64,000 nt of DNA from positions 28,830,001-28,894,000 of the forward strand of contig OX597818.1 of the NCBI GenBank assembly GCA_951406725.2, read 5' to 3'. Made by a program: the position numbers and the translations under genes. This document shows, piece after piece, positions 1 through 12,715 of this stretch (positions within the stretch are counted from its first letter, which is position 1; every line of letters starts with the position of its first letter). The notes below the pieces were generated by a model. It saw nothing but the letters and a program-made list of their open reading frames with translations, ran no database searches and had not been told where the DNA came from. The stretch comes from Octopus vulgaris. Lineage: Eukaryota.

Positions 1-124
1 GATTTTATTTAGTTTTTATCTAATGAAATTTTTCATGTTTTATCAAAAACATGAGTACGTGTCATAAAATTTACTTAGTACCTAAAACTCAGTCGGCAAG
101 CATCCACCTACATAGCCATAAAAA

Positions 125-845
125 CCTGTCTACCCTATGTGAAAGGCCTCTCCAAAAAGATACAAAATATATGTAGCCCATATGATATCAGGACAGTATT
201 CAAGAGTAATACAACGCTTCACAAATATCTCCTTCGAATAAAACCACCAATAGAAGAGAATATTACCAAAGACAACGTGTACTTCATCCCGTGCAGCTGT
301 GGTAGGTTCTACAAAGGCGAAACATGCTGCCCCCTCAAAATAAGGGTAGATGAACATTGCAAAGCTATGAAATGAGGAGATATTGATAAATCAGGTATAG
401 CTGATCATGTATGGAAAAATGGAGACCCCCACCCCTGTGGGATGAAGTTAAAATAAGAGACAGAGAACACCACTGTAAAATACAGAAACTGAAAGAAGCA
501 GCACATATGCAAGGACACAACAACCTCCTAAGCAGGTCGAGTGCAGATATGAGCAGCATATGGGAACCGGTATTAAGGAAGGATAGAAAAATATTAGATT
601 TATAAGCCCTAAAATTCACTCCATAATTGCCATGGGCATATGGCTTAGTGGTTAACAGCACGGGCTACTAACCCCAAGATTCCGATTTCAATTCCTAATA
701 ATAATTAGGAATGAGAACCCAGGTTCAAAATTTCCCGAAGACACCTGATGAAGGCTGGAGGGTATATCAGCCGAAACATTGCGTTAGCAACAAACAAGAT
801 GAGGACAAATATCTGACAAATGTAAATAATGACAAATGTAAATAT
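125..845 (+). mobile_element. Penelope-like element 3' part: decayed GIY-YIG endonuclease plus pLTR
   Basis: LPYVKGLS...VYFIPCSCGRFYKGET...RVDEH...SGIADHVW...KLKEAAH, typical of Penelope GIY-YIG; stop and frameshift present. Confidence 0.85.
741..785 (+). ncRNA. Minimal type I hammerhead ribozyme-like motif (degenerate) in Penelope pLTR
   Basis: acac-CTGATGA-a-GGCTG(loop)CAGCC-GAAAC-att-gcgt; conserved core and 5-bp stem II. Confidence 0.65.
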
Positions 846-854
846 TTACTATCA

Positions 855-1358
855 CCTTCTAGCAACGGGACCAGCATACCAACCTAGCTTTGGGTATTTC
901 TGCCTCTCTTCTGTACTGGACATTTCGTCTGTTAGAGATAGCACCTCAGCTTGCAATATATATAAATTCAAGTGATACAAAATATATGTAGCCCATATGA
1001 TACACAACAAGCTGATTTCACAACAAGCTAAAAAGCTAATTCTAAAATCTCTCTAAGAGATGATCACAATAGTTGTACTAGCAAGTAATGTTCATAGCCA
1101 CTTCAATATGGCTGTTTTATTCAAATACTGCAATTATTTAACCTTGACATCTCCTCTAGCTAGTTAACAATGCACAGCTGCATCCAATATATCGTGAACT
1201 CCTGCCAACTTCTAGCAACAGGAACAGCATACCAGCCTGGTTTTGGGTTATTTCTGCCTCTCTTCAGTACTGGACACCTCGTCTACTAGAGATGACAGTA
1301 GCTCACAATATATATAAATTCAAGTGACAACAGTCACTGATTTTGCAACAAGCTACAA
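855..1358. repeat. Degenerate direct repeat, ~150-bp unit at ~855-1030 and ~1208-1358
   Basis: cttctagcaac..cagcatacc..tttctgcctctcttc.gtactggaca..aatatatataaattcaagtga shared. Confidence 0.8.
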
Positions 1359-1624
1359 AGGGGGGTCAGGGTTTATTAAGCCTAGTGGTAGTAGTAGTTG
1401 AGGTGGAAGGTGGGGGGAAGAGGGAAGGGTGGTTTAAATAGCATGTGAATGGTAACCTTTGTGTTAGTCTGTATATATATATAAAGAAACCAACACTGAA
1501 AAATATTTTCTCCTCCCACTACTTTCTGTCTAAATACTACCCAAACCCTCCTTCTAATACGCTTAGTTCCCCACAAAATCATTCCATTTTTAATCTCATT
1601 TCTGTCAACACCTCAATGTAAAAT

Positions 1625-1710
1625 TCTTCCCTGAAGATGGAGGCTGGTATTATCCAATTTACAAATCATTATTTTGGACCACCAATCCCCAAGAAACAGC
1701 TGTTAGAGTT
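1625..1710 (+). ncRNA. Hammerhead-like motif with long stem II (probable Penelope pLTR remnant)
   Basis: CTGAAGA at 1631 ... GAAAC-AGCT-GTT at 1693 (palindromic stem III); stem I weak. Confidence 0.35.
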
Positions 1711-1873
1711 GAAATACTGTTATTCAACTACTTTAATTATGGATGTCATTTCCATTCTGTGTAAGTCAGACCATTTTTAGGGTAAACTTATGTACTATTT
1801 TTAGATTAAATGTATTTAATATTTTTTGTATATTGACTTTCCTAAGTTGCTTACTCTTACATTTATATATATA

Positions 1874-3790
1874 CTAGCAGAGTTACCTGGCATTGCCTGA
1901 GTTACATACAATTGAAGAATTAGACTTTTCTGTTATATTATCTGTAATGAACTGGAATACCTATGTTTCAAATTTCATCAAAATTGCAGATGAGGGTTAT
2001 TTCCCTCTTTACACACCCAAACAAAATTGTAATTGTGCCACATGTATTCCATACTACTGATTTTTATGCACACATTCCAAAATTCAAGTCTTATAGAACC
2101 TGTTAAAAGGATTTTGCTCCTGAAAAATGGAGGTCATGGAGCTCTAAAATGTGAGAGTTAACACCCCTATTGGGGGTGGGTATCTTAATGTCAACCAGAG
2201 AAGTTGAATTGTTGAGAAACTTCTGAACTTGGGTCTTATATCTATTGTTTGAATTTCTTTCAAATAGGAAATATATGTTCACTGGGTTTGTAAAAGAGAG
2301 CAAAGCTACAGGAAACCAAAAGACAAATCGTCCCAATAAGCAATCAGCTACAGTACCCTAGTCATTACCACTCCCAATGTAGTATTCCTCACCATCCAGG
2401 TGACAGGCACAGCCGTAAGATGCATTACAAATCTATAGCAATTGGAAGGGTGTGACCCAACTGAAATAAACATTAACAACTGTGTGACGTGAGGGCTAAG
2501 GAGAAATGAAAGTTGGAGTTTGGAAATGACCACTATACTGATACGTAACTAGACAGAATAAATATACAATCTAAAAATGTCTTTGAATAACCAGTCAGTC
2601 ATATGGGAAGGCCTTGAAATCAATGTTATCATGTGGGGACTATGTTTGACCCAGTGATAATAAAAAGACTGAAAGGAGATCTGCAATCAAATAACTTTAC
2701 TCAACATTTTGCAACTGAATCAGTGGAGGCAAAGATGCCTCTCATTTACTTGACAATTTATGCAGCATATTGCAGAAATCACAATCTAAGTGTATGTCAA
2801 AGCAAACTGTTACACTGTTGTACCATTGAATTATAAATAATGCTCATCTTCTATGCTCGGATGATCCCACAGCTTCCAAGAATACAACTATTCGTCTTTG
2901 CTTAGATAAAATGACAAAATTGTGGGCGTTAAGTCCCCATGAAGGAGTCTTTCTAACTTGTAAGAAGATGAAATTTTATAAATATTACTTCATTTGTATC
3001 TAATATCTATGGTTAAAATTTCATCAACAGCAAAAACATATGAATTGTCATGGGGGTTGTGGCCCTTATGCATAGAATATAATTTCCAAATTTCATAAAG
3101 ATCCATTCAATACTTTTGACTTAGTTTTGGATCATAAAATAAATGACTAAAATAGGGTGTCTTAGAATCCTCATGTGAAGTGGAAACTTTGAGAATACTT
3201 CTTGATGTTTGAAATTTCATCAACATCGAAAATTTATGAATTTTCATGGGGGGGTCCTGCCCCCTTTAAGCCATTTGAAATTCAAACCAAACACATTGCA
3301 TTATACCTGCCCTTATGCATTGAATCTAAGTTTCAAATATCATAAGGATCCATTCAGTAATTTTGGCCCATGAAATTGTATGAAACACACAGCATTACCC
3401 TTCTCCCTAGGCTTCGATTTTGTGTTTCAAATTTCATTATGATTGGAGCAGCAGTTTTCGAATGTATAAGTAATACATGAACACATGAAGTTAGAAAGAC
3501 CCCTTCACAGGGACTTAACACCCACAATTTTGTCATTTTATCTAAGCAAAGACGAATAGTTGTACTCTTGGAAGCTGTGGGATCATCTGAGCATAGAAGA
3601 TGAGCATTATTTGTAATTCAGTGGTACAACAGTGTAAGAGCTTGCTTCGACATACACTTAGATTGTGATTTCTGCAATGTGCTGCATAAATTGTCAAGTA
3701 AATGAGAGGCATCTTTGCCTCCACTGATTCAGTTGCAAAGTGTTGAGTAAAGTTATTTGATTGCAGATCTCCTTTCAGTCTTTGATATAA
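1874..3790 (-). mobile_element. Non-autonomous Helitron-like element with internal inverted duplication
   Basis: Minus-strand 3' hairpin + CTAG at 1874-1900; helicase-like remnant 2660-2960 duplicated inverted at 3490-3790; 5' boundary uncertain. Confidence 0.55.
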
Positions 3791-3820
3791 TAAATATGAA
3801 TGTACACATATACATACATG

Positions 3821-3897
<77 letters not shown>

Positions 3898-4359
3898 TAT
3901 ATATATATATATATATATATACAGACACACAAAGATAAATTGATAGATACAACTGAGTGGGCAAACAAAAATATGAGACACAGCGTAGTGCTTTTTTTAT
4001 GTTGATAAGCCTGGTACTTATTCTATTAGTTTCTTCTTGTGAAAACAGTAAGTTATGGGGATGTAAATAAACGAACAGCAGTTGTGAAGCAGTGATGAGG
4101 GTGAAACACAGAAACAAAGTCACACACATACACTTAAATATATACATACATATATATACGATTGATTTCTTTAAGTTTCTGTCTACGAAATCCATATACA
4201 TACACACATATATATATATATAATATTAAATTAGAGATAAAACCACTATTAGGCAAATCATACAATGAAAAACTTAAGCCAATACATAAGATTAATTAAT
4301 TTATATTAATTTAAATATATATCAAAATTATTAAAAAAAGATAATTAGTATAACATATA

Positions 4360-4591
4360 TCTCTTATTATAAAAGGCAGATTTTATCTGCCTCCCTTTGG
4401 GAGTTATACAAATCTACAATATAGGATTTCTTCAATTACAATTTACCTAGCAATTTTAAGAGTACAAAAACAGATAGCATATTTTTTCCATTTTTAATGC
4501 ATTTTTTGCTATTTTTTGGCTATAACTCTCTAAAAATGCTTATATAGTTATTTCCCTTACAAACCCGAGCAACGCCGGGCGATACTGCTAG
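4360..4591 (+). mobile_element. Short non-autonomous Helitron
   Basis: A|TC 5' end (tctcttattataaaagg), 3' hairpin cccgagcaacgccggg then CTAG|T; 3' ~80 bp repeated at 4831-4910. Confidence 0.75.
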
Positions 4592-4927
4592 TACATATAT
4601 ATATGTATATATATATATATATATGTTTATACTTATATATATGTATATATATATATGTATATACATATATATATATACATATATATATGTATATACATAT
4701 ATATATATATATACACTCACGTGACTACACTCACGGAGTGGTTGGTGTTAGGAAGGGCATCCAGCTGTAGAAACATTGCCAGATATGACTATAGCCTGGT
4801 GCAGCCTTCTGGCTTCCCAGATCCCCGGGATTTTTTGGCTATAACTCTCTAAAAATGCTTATATAGTTATTTCCCTTACAAACCCGAGCAACGCCGGGCG
4901 ATACTGCTAGTATATATATATATATAT

Positions 4928-7589
4928 GGTCAGAGATTTAGGGACATCCTCATAAAGAAATTTGATGAGAGGGAGGAGGAGCTACAGTACATAGATGGTA
5001 GCTGGAAATTGCTACGGGACAGCTTGCTGAGTGCCACAGACCAAGTCTGTGGATGGTGCAAAGTCCCTTCCAGACCTAGAGTTACATGGTGGTGGAATAG
5101 TACAGTAGACAAAGCCATTATTGCAAAGAAACAGGCCTGGAAAGCCTGGAGGGATGCGGGTAGCAGGGAACTGTACCAGGTAGCCAAAAGGGAGGCTGGG
5201 CGGCAGGTATACATAGCCAAAGATGTAGCAGAAAAGAAGAAGTTTGCCAATGTCCAGCGATGTGAGGACCAAAGAACTGAGGTATTTCGGATTGCTAGAC
5301 AGTGTGTGAGAGAAAATAGTGATGTTACAGGAGAGAAATGTGTCCGCATGGATGATGGTGCACTTGCTTTTAATGATGGTGAAAAGAAAGAGGCTTGGAG
5401 AAGCCATTATGAAAGACTGCTGAATGTGGAGAATGAATGGGAGGAGGAGAGCCTGCCAAATGTTGACCCAGTAGAGGGACCAGCTATCCAAATAGACAGC
5501 TCCCTTGTAGTTAAGGCAATTAAGGGTATGAAACCAGGTAAAGCCCCCGGCCCATCAGGAATCACTGCTGAGATGCTTAAGACAGCTGGTTGTGTGGGCT
5601 ATGGCCTAGTCACCTGCATTGTAAACCAGGTAGTTCATAATGGAGTCATACCCAATAACTGGCATAGCAGCACCATAGTCAACTGCTACAAGGGTAAAGG
5701 TGATGCTCTAGAAAGAAATAACTACGTGGGTATTAAACTGTTGGATCAGGTGATGAAGGTCACAGAGAGGGTCATAACCCATCTCATTAGGGAGAGAATT
5801 TGCTTAGATGAGATGCAGTTCGGTTTTGTTCTGGGTAGAAGCACCACTGATGCTATATTCCTGATCCGACAACTGCAGGAGAAGTACCTAGCTAAAGATA
5901 AACCCCTCTACATAGCTTTTGGGGACTTATAGAAAGCCTTTGACAGGGTCCCCCGATCCCTTATCTGGTGGTCAATGCAGAAACTGGAGATGGACGAATG
6001 GCTAATAAGGGCTCTACAGGCCCTAGGCCGAGAGGCCGTTAGTAAAGTTAGGATTGGCAATGAATATAGTGAAGAATTCCGGGTAGAAGTAGGTGTACAC
6101 CAAGGTTCAACCCTCAGTCCCGTTTTATTCATCATAGTCCTCCAGGCAATAACAGAGGAATTCAAAACAGGTTGCCCCTGGGAGCTCCTCTATGCTGATG
6201 ACCTGGCTCTCATAGCAGAATCACTACCGGAACTAGAAAAGAAATTTCGGGTGTGGAAGCAAGGGTTAGAATCAAAGGGCCTTAGAGTAAATGTAGCAAA
6301 GACCAAAGTTATAGTAAGCAGAAAGGCGAACTCAGCACACACTCCATTGGGCAGGTGGCCCTGCTCGATCTGTAGGAAAGGTGTAGGTAGAAACTCCATA
6401 AGATGTACCCAGTGTAAGCTATGGATGCATAAGAGGTGCAGCAACATCAAAGGGAAATTAACTAAGATAGCTTTCATGTGCGGCAGATGCACAGGGACAA
6501 CAGAAACCACAGATACTCAGAAAACAGATTCCACCACACTTCAGGGGGAGAAACTAGAAGTAGTTGATAGTTTCTGCTACCTGGGTGACCAAGTTAGTAG
6601 CGGAGGTGGATGCTCAGAGAGTGTCACCACTAGAATATGCATTGCCTGGGCAAAGTTTAGAAAGCTCCTACCCCTACTGGCGACAAAGGGTCTCCCTCTC
6701 AGATTGAAAGGTAGATTGTATGATGCATGTGTGCAAACTGCCATGCTTTACGGTAGTGAAACATGGACTGTGACTGCAGAGGACATGTGTAGACTTGAAA
6801 GAAATGAAGCTAACATGATCCGCTGAATGTGTAATGTCAGTGTGTGCGCACAGAGTGTAAGCACCCTGAGAGAAATGCTGGACATAAGAAGCGTCAGATG
6901 AGGTGTGCAAGAGCGACACTTGCGATGGTATGGTCATGTACTGCGGATAGATGAGGAGAGATGTGTGAAGAAGTGCCACTCCCAAATAGTTGAAGGTATC
7001 AGGGGGAGAGGTAGACCCAGGAGGACATGGGATGAGGTAGTCAAGCATGACCTCAGAGCGTTGGGCCTCACAGAAACAATGACGAAGGACAGAGATCTCT
7101 GGAGATATGCTGTGACTGCAAAGACCCGGGCTGCTTCCTGCACCAGTTCCGCATAGCCCCTGCCCATTCAAAGTACCTTGGATTTCAGAACAACCCACTG
7201 TGCTTGAGGAGACCTATTGAGTCGAGTACATGAACATCGAAATAAATATCAATGGAAATAGTAGTTGTGATCCCTGTGCCAGTGGCACATAAAAAGCACC
7301 ATCCGAACGTGGCCGATGCCAGCGCCGCCTTGACTGGCTTCCATGCTGGTGGCACGTTAAAAGCACCACCCGATCATGGCCGATGCCAGACTCCCCTGGC
7401 ATCTGTGCTGGTGACACGTAAAAAGCACCCACTACAGTCACGGAGTGGTTGGCGTTAGGAAGGGCATCCAGCTGTAGAAACACTGCCAGATCAGACTGGA
7501 GCCTGGTGCAGCCTCCTGGCTTCCCAGACCCTGGTCGAACCGTCCAACCCGTGCTAGCACAGAAAACGGACGTTAAACGATGATGATGA
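4928..7589 (+). mobile_element. RTE-clade LINE, 5'-truncated; RT pseudogene with PHD finger
   Basis: KAPGPSGI, QFGF, DL*KAFD, GVHQGS, YADD (6191), YLG, LRWYGHV, RGRGRPR; one frame with nonsense codons at ~5930, ~6824, ~6898; repeat-rich 3' UTR and (GAT)n tail. Confidence 0.95.
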
Positions 7590-7699
7590 TATATATATAA
7601 GTATGTATACACACACACATACACACACACACACACACACAAAGATAAATTGTGTGGGCAAACAAAAATAGGAGATACTGCCTAGTGGTTTTTTTTTAT

Positions 7700-8015
7700 T
7701 TTGTTAAGCCTGGTACTTATTCTATCAGTTTCTTCTTGTGAAACCAGTAAGTTATGGGGATGTAAATAAATGAACACCAGTTGTGAGGCAGTGATGAGGG
7801 AGAAACACAAAGACACACACATAGACTTACATATATACATACATATATATACGATTGATTTCTTTCAGTTTCTGTCTACAAAATCCACTAACAAGGCTTT
7901 GGTTGGTCTGAGGCTATAGCAGAAGACACATGCCAAGTCACCACACAGTGGGACTGAACCCTGGACCGTGTGCTTTGGAACGACGTTTGTTACCACACAG
8001 TCACACCTGCACCTA
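7700..8015 (-). mobile_element. tRNA-derived SINE (octopus type)
   Basis: Minus-strand head gcaggtgtgactgtgtggtaa...ggttcagtccca (A/B boxes); body partly duplicated at 4005-4195. Confidence 0.65.
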
Positions 8016-8102
8016 TGTATGTGTGTGTGTGTATGTGTGTATGAGTGTATATATGTATGCATGTATGTATGTGAATATATATGTGTACATATTACATGTA
8101 CA

Positions 8103-8136
<34 letters not shown>

Positions 8137-8289
8137 TACACATATACATGTATACATATACATCTATATGTATAGAAATAAATGTATACATATACAGCGA
8201 TACACACATACACACACATACATAGGTGCAGGTGTGGCTGTGTGGTAACAAACTTCGTTCCAAAACACATAGGCCTGGGTTTAAATTTA

Positions 8290-8712
8290 AATTAATAAGG
8301 GTGAGAAACTGAATATTAATTTGATTAATATGAATTGAAAACCAGTGGTGTAGCATATAAGACCATAGTGGATCTTCTTCTAGCAAAATGGATGTCCACT
8401 GTTAATGGTTCATCCCTCTTATATAATAGTTTGACTTTAATAGTTTCAGTATTAAAGTGAAAGTATCTGACATTATGATAGAGAGATGTTTTTGTTTCAC
8501 TTTTGACATGTAATACTGAAATAGTGGAGAAGATATGATATTGCTGTGGGCTCGCCCTAGGCAAGAAGTTAGAAACTTTTTGCCCATGACACTCCCTGGA
8601 CCCCAAGTAAGGCATGTGTAAAATTTGAATGAAATTTGTTGTGTAGTTCTCAAGTTTTAGGGATTCACACAGCCAGACAGACAGACACACATTTTCAGTT
8701 TTATATATACAT
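8290..8712 (-). mobile_element. Helitron-like non-autonomous 5' fragment
   Basis: Minus strand begins tatatataaaactgaaaatgtgtgtctgtctgtctg..., the same terminal style as other Helitrons here. Confidence 0.45.
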
Positions 8713-8746
8713 ATGAAGAAAATCATATCTTTATTTTAGATCACAC

Positions 8747-8782
8747 CTTTACTTCTTATTACAAATGAATTGTTCGATTTAC
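8747..8782 (-). CDS. Possible short juxtamembrane cytoplasmic exon (GKSNNSFVIRSK)
   Basis: ag|GT...AAAG|gtgtga, 36 nt, phase 1-1 in non-repeat-looking DNA; splice signals weak, could be chance. Confidence 0.2.
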
Positions 8783-9939
8783 CTGTCATGCATGAGGATT
8801 TAACTGGGATTTATATTCTATTTACATTTACTGGTATCTGATTGTTGGAAATTTAACCTTGTTCATTTATACTGAGTGCTTACTTGATATCTGCCAGGAC
8901 ATTTTAATCCCATTTTATTCTTATCTGTCTGTCTGCATGTCTACCTGTCTGTATGTATGTATATACATACATTCTAGGTTGAGGAAAAAGTTTGTGCGCC
9001 ATGTTAAAATAATGAACTGTATGAACACACACACCACAAAAATATATCTAAAAAAGTATTATTTTAACACAGTGCACAAACTTTTTCCTTGACCTAATAT
9101 GTTATGGAAGATTTTGGATTTGATACAAAGTTCTGGGTTATCAGTCCATATATGAAAAGTAAAATTTCAATCCATTAAATGCTTCATAAAAAATATATGT
9201 AAAATAGATATTTTGATATGAAAGGCAAATATACACATTGAGGCAATACATATTCAGTGATATTTAAATCACGTAAATTTGTACATACAGGATCGGTTTG
9301 TTGCATCAGAGACGCTAATATTAAAGCTCCAAAAGTATATGGAAAGTTCGAAGGAAGAAGTCCAAATTAAAATCCAAATGTGAAAATTAACATATACATC
9401 CCAAAGCTGTTTCAGGAACATAGTGAAAAGAGTAGATATCGATTTAAAATCCATTCCAGTATCCATATTTCCTTAATCAGGGATATTTATATCTTGTATG
9501 GACCACATCTGCTATTTTTGTTCATAAATGTCAAAGTTCAATTACACTATACCAGTTTGTATTTTATATAAAATCGGTTGGATGAAAAATGAGTTGAATA
9601 GAAATAAAATGATTAAGATGAATTTAAAATATATGGTGGAGGTAAAATTAAATGTATAAGTTTCCCGGAAATTATTCTAGAAGTGAAATGATTTTTCTCT
9701 TTTTTCATTTTTTGTTTTTTATTCATTACAGATTTATTGTTACTTAATGAAAGAATTTAAATGTGCATAGGTATTTATGTCTACATAAGATGATCATTAT
9801 TCCATAATTATTTTATTGATGAGAGGCTTTTTATGGATTTTTTGTTATTTAATGAAAAATTTATATGTGGAGAGGTATTTATGCCTACATGAAGTGATAA
9901 GATTGGAGAATTTGCTTAGCATTATCTTCTTATTTAAAC

Positions 9940-10770
9940 ATAGTATATTGATTGATTCTTTTGTACATAACCTACAAGTTTGTGTATGTGAATTATAAGG
10001 AGAGGTTCCAGTAACTACTGATCATATTAATTTATAGTTAATATTTTTCATTTTTAGAAGGTTAACATATGTTACTAGTGATGAGGAAAATTTAGTTTTA
10101 GGGTTAATAAATGAATTTATGTGCGCTCAGTATCTAGTTTTAAAATTGGCTGTGCTCCCGATATATGTTTTAGATTGGTTAGGGTTAGATGTTAGTACTT
10201 GGTATTTATAGACTAGATTCTTTTGTTAAATAAAAACCCCTTAAGGGGCAGTATTCAGGCTTGCAGAAGTTGCATGCTTTTTGCCTCATCTGGGTTTCAA
10301 ATCATTGTCCCAAACAATTTTTATTGATTTGGTTAGATTCCAAATTACTGAGAAGCAGTGTTTAGTTCATTAATCACATCCATTTGACTTGTCTGGGTAG
10401 GATTTATATCCCCTTGTTGTGATTCACCAATTATATTTCTTCTTGTATAATCATTAAGTAAAATATTATTGTTGGGCTCCAGATCAGAGGTTTCCTATAG
10501 AGACACTTTACCTAATGAATGGTTTCTAAGCTTATATCTATTATCAGCTGCTATAATTGACCCTAGATTTGGTGTGGTGGAGTACAATATCTTTATACAA
10601 GATTTATTAAATATAGAATAATACTTATGGTTTTGTGCAAAAATTTTTGCTAAGATTTTAAAAAATAAGCTGGGGAGGTTTCTAATTTGAAGAGAGAAGG
10701 GCAGGATAAACCATATGGTTTCCCATTTTCTAGAAGAGTTTTTTATTGCCTGTTTATTTATATTGAATTT
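9940..10770 (-). mobile_element. Penelope-like element remnant (linker + GIY-YIG)
   Basis: RKWETIWFILPFS...HKYYSIFNKSCIKILYSTTPNLGSIIAADN and KTYIGSTANFKTRY; many stops. Confidence 0.75.
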
Positions 10771-10889
10771 CTTAGTGGGTTTATGCCAATAGTTATCATG
10801 ATTTTGTCGAATTCGATGAATCCAGCATACATGGTAAGAATGTTGTTCAAATGAATCATTCAACATGCCATATATGGAGTAAAATTCTC

Positions 10890-11090
10890 TTATTCATTAT
10901 CCGCCACCCACAATACAGACAGATACAGGTTGGTGAACATATAGAAAGGTGTGCTAGGAATCTTAATCCTAATTTCCTAATTTTCCCCTTCCCTCAATAT
11001 TCACAGAACACCTCAGGACAACAAAGAATGCATGAAGAGGCAACTTTCATCAATAAATATCTTCCACAACTCAATATGAACACATAACAT
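10890..11090 (+). mobile_element. Penelope-like GIY-YIG C-terminal remnant
   Basis: IRHPQYRQIQVGEHIERC...IFPF...RMHEEATFINKYLPQLN; related to 32940-33690. Confidence 0.6.
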
Positions 11091-11249
11091 AATACAGAAC
11101 ACTACTAACCTTTCAATTAATACCACTAACCCCCATACATCCCATACACCATTTACATTTCAGATCTATATCTACCCTAATTGCACCAAATCTAGAACTA
11201 CTTACCTCCCATACACATAATCGTTTTACTCACTGACTAATAGACCTGA

Positions 11250-12715
11250 CACCGTTCATTAATTGATGTGCATTCAAAGCAATGATTAGTAAATTCACAA
11301 AACCGATATGCTTTTGAATCTCTTTATCAATTCACAATAATGGCTTTTACTCCGTGTTTTAGTATATTTAACCGGCGAACTCTAATGTTTTGAATTTGTT
11401 TACGTGACGGTTCATTTACTAAACATTAGTAAGAATATTTGCAGAGTACTTTGTTAATATAATGCCACTTACTCCGTTACCAATTTGTCAGCAGATTACT
11501 AAGCTAAGGAAGGATAATTTAAGTATTGGATCTATTGTAAAGATTGTTAACAAGTCAAAAAGTGTTGTACACGGTTTTCTTAAGGTCTACGATGATTGTG
11601 GTTCATGTGAAGCAAGAAAGTTTACAGGTAGGCCAAGAAAAACGACCAAGAGAGAAGATCGTGCTATGGTAAAGTTGGTTAAAAAGGACAGATTTAAAAC
11701 TGCTGCTGCTGTTTCTCAGAAAATGAGCATTATTGAAGAAAACTTTATCTCAAAAAACTGTGTCTCGTTGTTTAGTTGAACATGACCTACAAGCAAGGGC
11801 ACCTGCAGTGAAGCCACTGATCAGCTCCAAGAATAAAAAGTGTCGTCTTACCTTTGCAACCGAACATGTGTTGTGGTCTCAAGAAAAATGGCAAACGGTG
11901 CATTTCAGTGATGAATCTAAGTTTATGCTATTTGGCTCAGATGGGAAAAGGTACATTCATAGAAAAGTAGGTGAAAAATTGTTGTCTAAATGCCTTAAGA
12001 CTAGTGTTAAATTCGGTGGAGCAAGTGTCATGGTTTGGGGAATGATATCTGGAGATGGTGTGGGCCCTTTGGTGCGATTACATGGAAAGTTAAATGCAGG
12101 AGTTTATAAACAACTTGTAAAAGATCATGTCTTGCCTGTGCTGAGAAATTCAACTAAGTGACCACCCATATTCATGCAGGACAATGCCCCATGTCACAAG
12201 GCTAAGGTGGTTATGAACTTCCTCAAGGCTGAAAAGGTTATTGTTATGGATTGGCCAGCTCAAAGCCCAGATCTCAATCCAATTGAAAATGTGTGGAATA
12301 TTCTAGAAAGTTCGAAAGCCAGAAATCCTAAAACAACTGAGCAATTATGGAATGCCCTTCAGGAAGAATGGAATAAGATCACCCAGCAAGAAATTGAAAA
12401 TTTAATTTCCTCATGCAGTCAAAGATGTCAGAGTGTGATTGAAGCTAAAGGGCTTCACACCAAATATTAAATAATTCCAGTATTCTCTGTCATTTTTGAT
12501 TAATTTGTTATTTTTTCAACCGTTCTGATCATTTTGGCCGCCATGGGTTTTGCAGTAAATCACTACATCATCCATAACTTTTGTATTATCCTCTCAAATT
12601 ACACCAAAATCTCAGACAATAACAATTAATATTGTATAGAATACAAAACAACATTGATAAAAACTTATACCTAGTTTTCTGACGAAAACAATGCCGTTCT
12701 GAACATTTTGGCCGC

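Noticed and set aside
3542-4852. ORFs up to 221 aa rich in YI/HT/CV
   Set aside because: Translations of (TA)n/(CA)n microsatellites; the same applies at 7865-8225 and 33974-34601
5009-7156. Stop-codon read-through or editing rescue of the RTE ORF
   Set aside because: The three stops replace GAG, TGG and TGT codons; ordinary nonsense decay of a 5'-truncated copy is simpler
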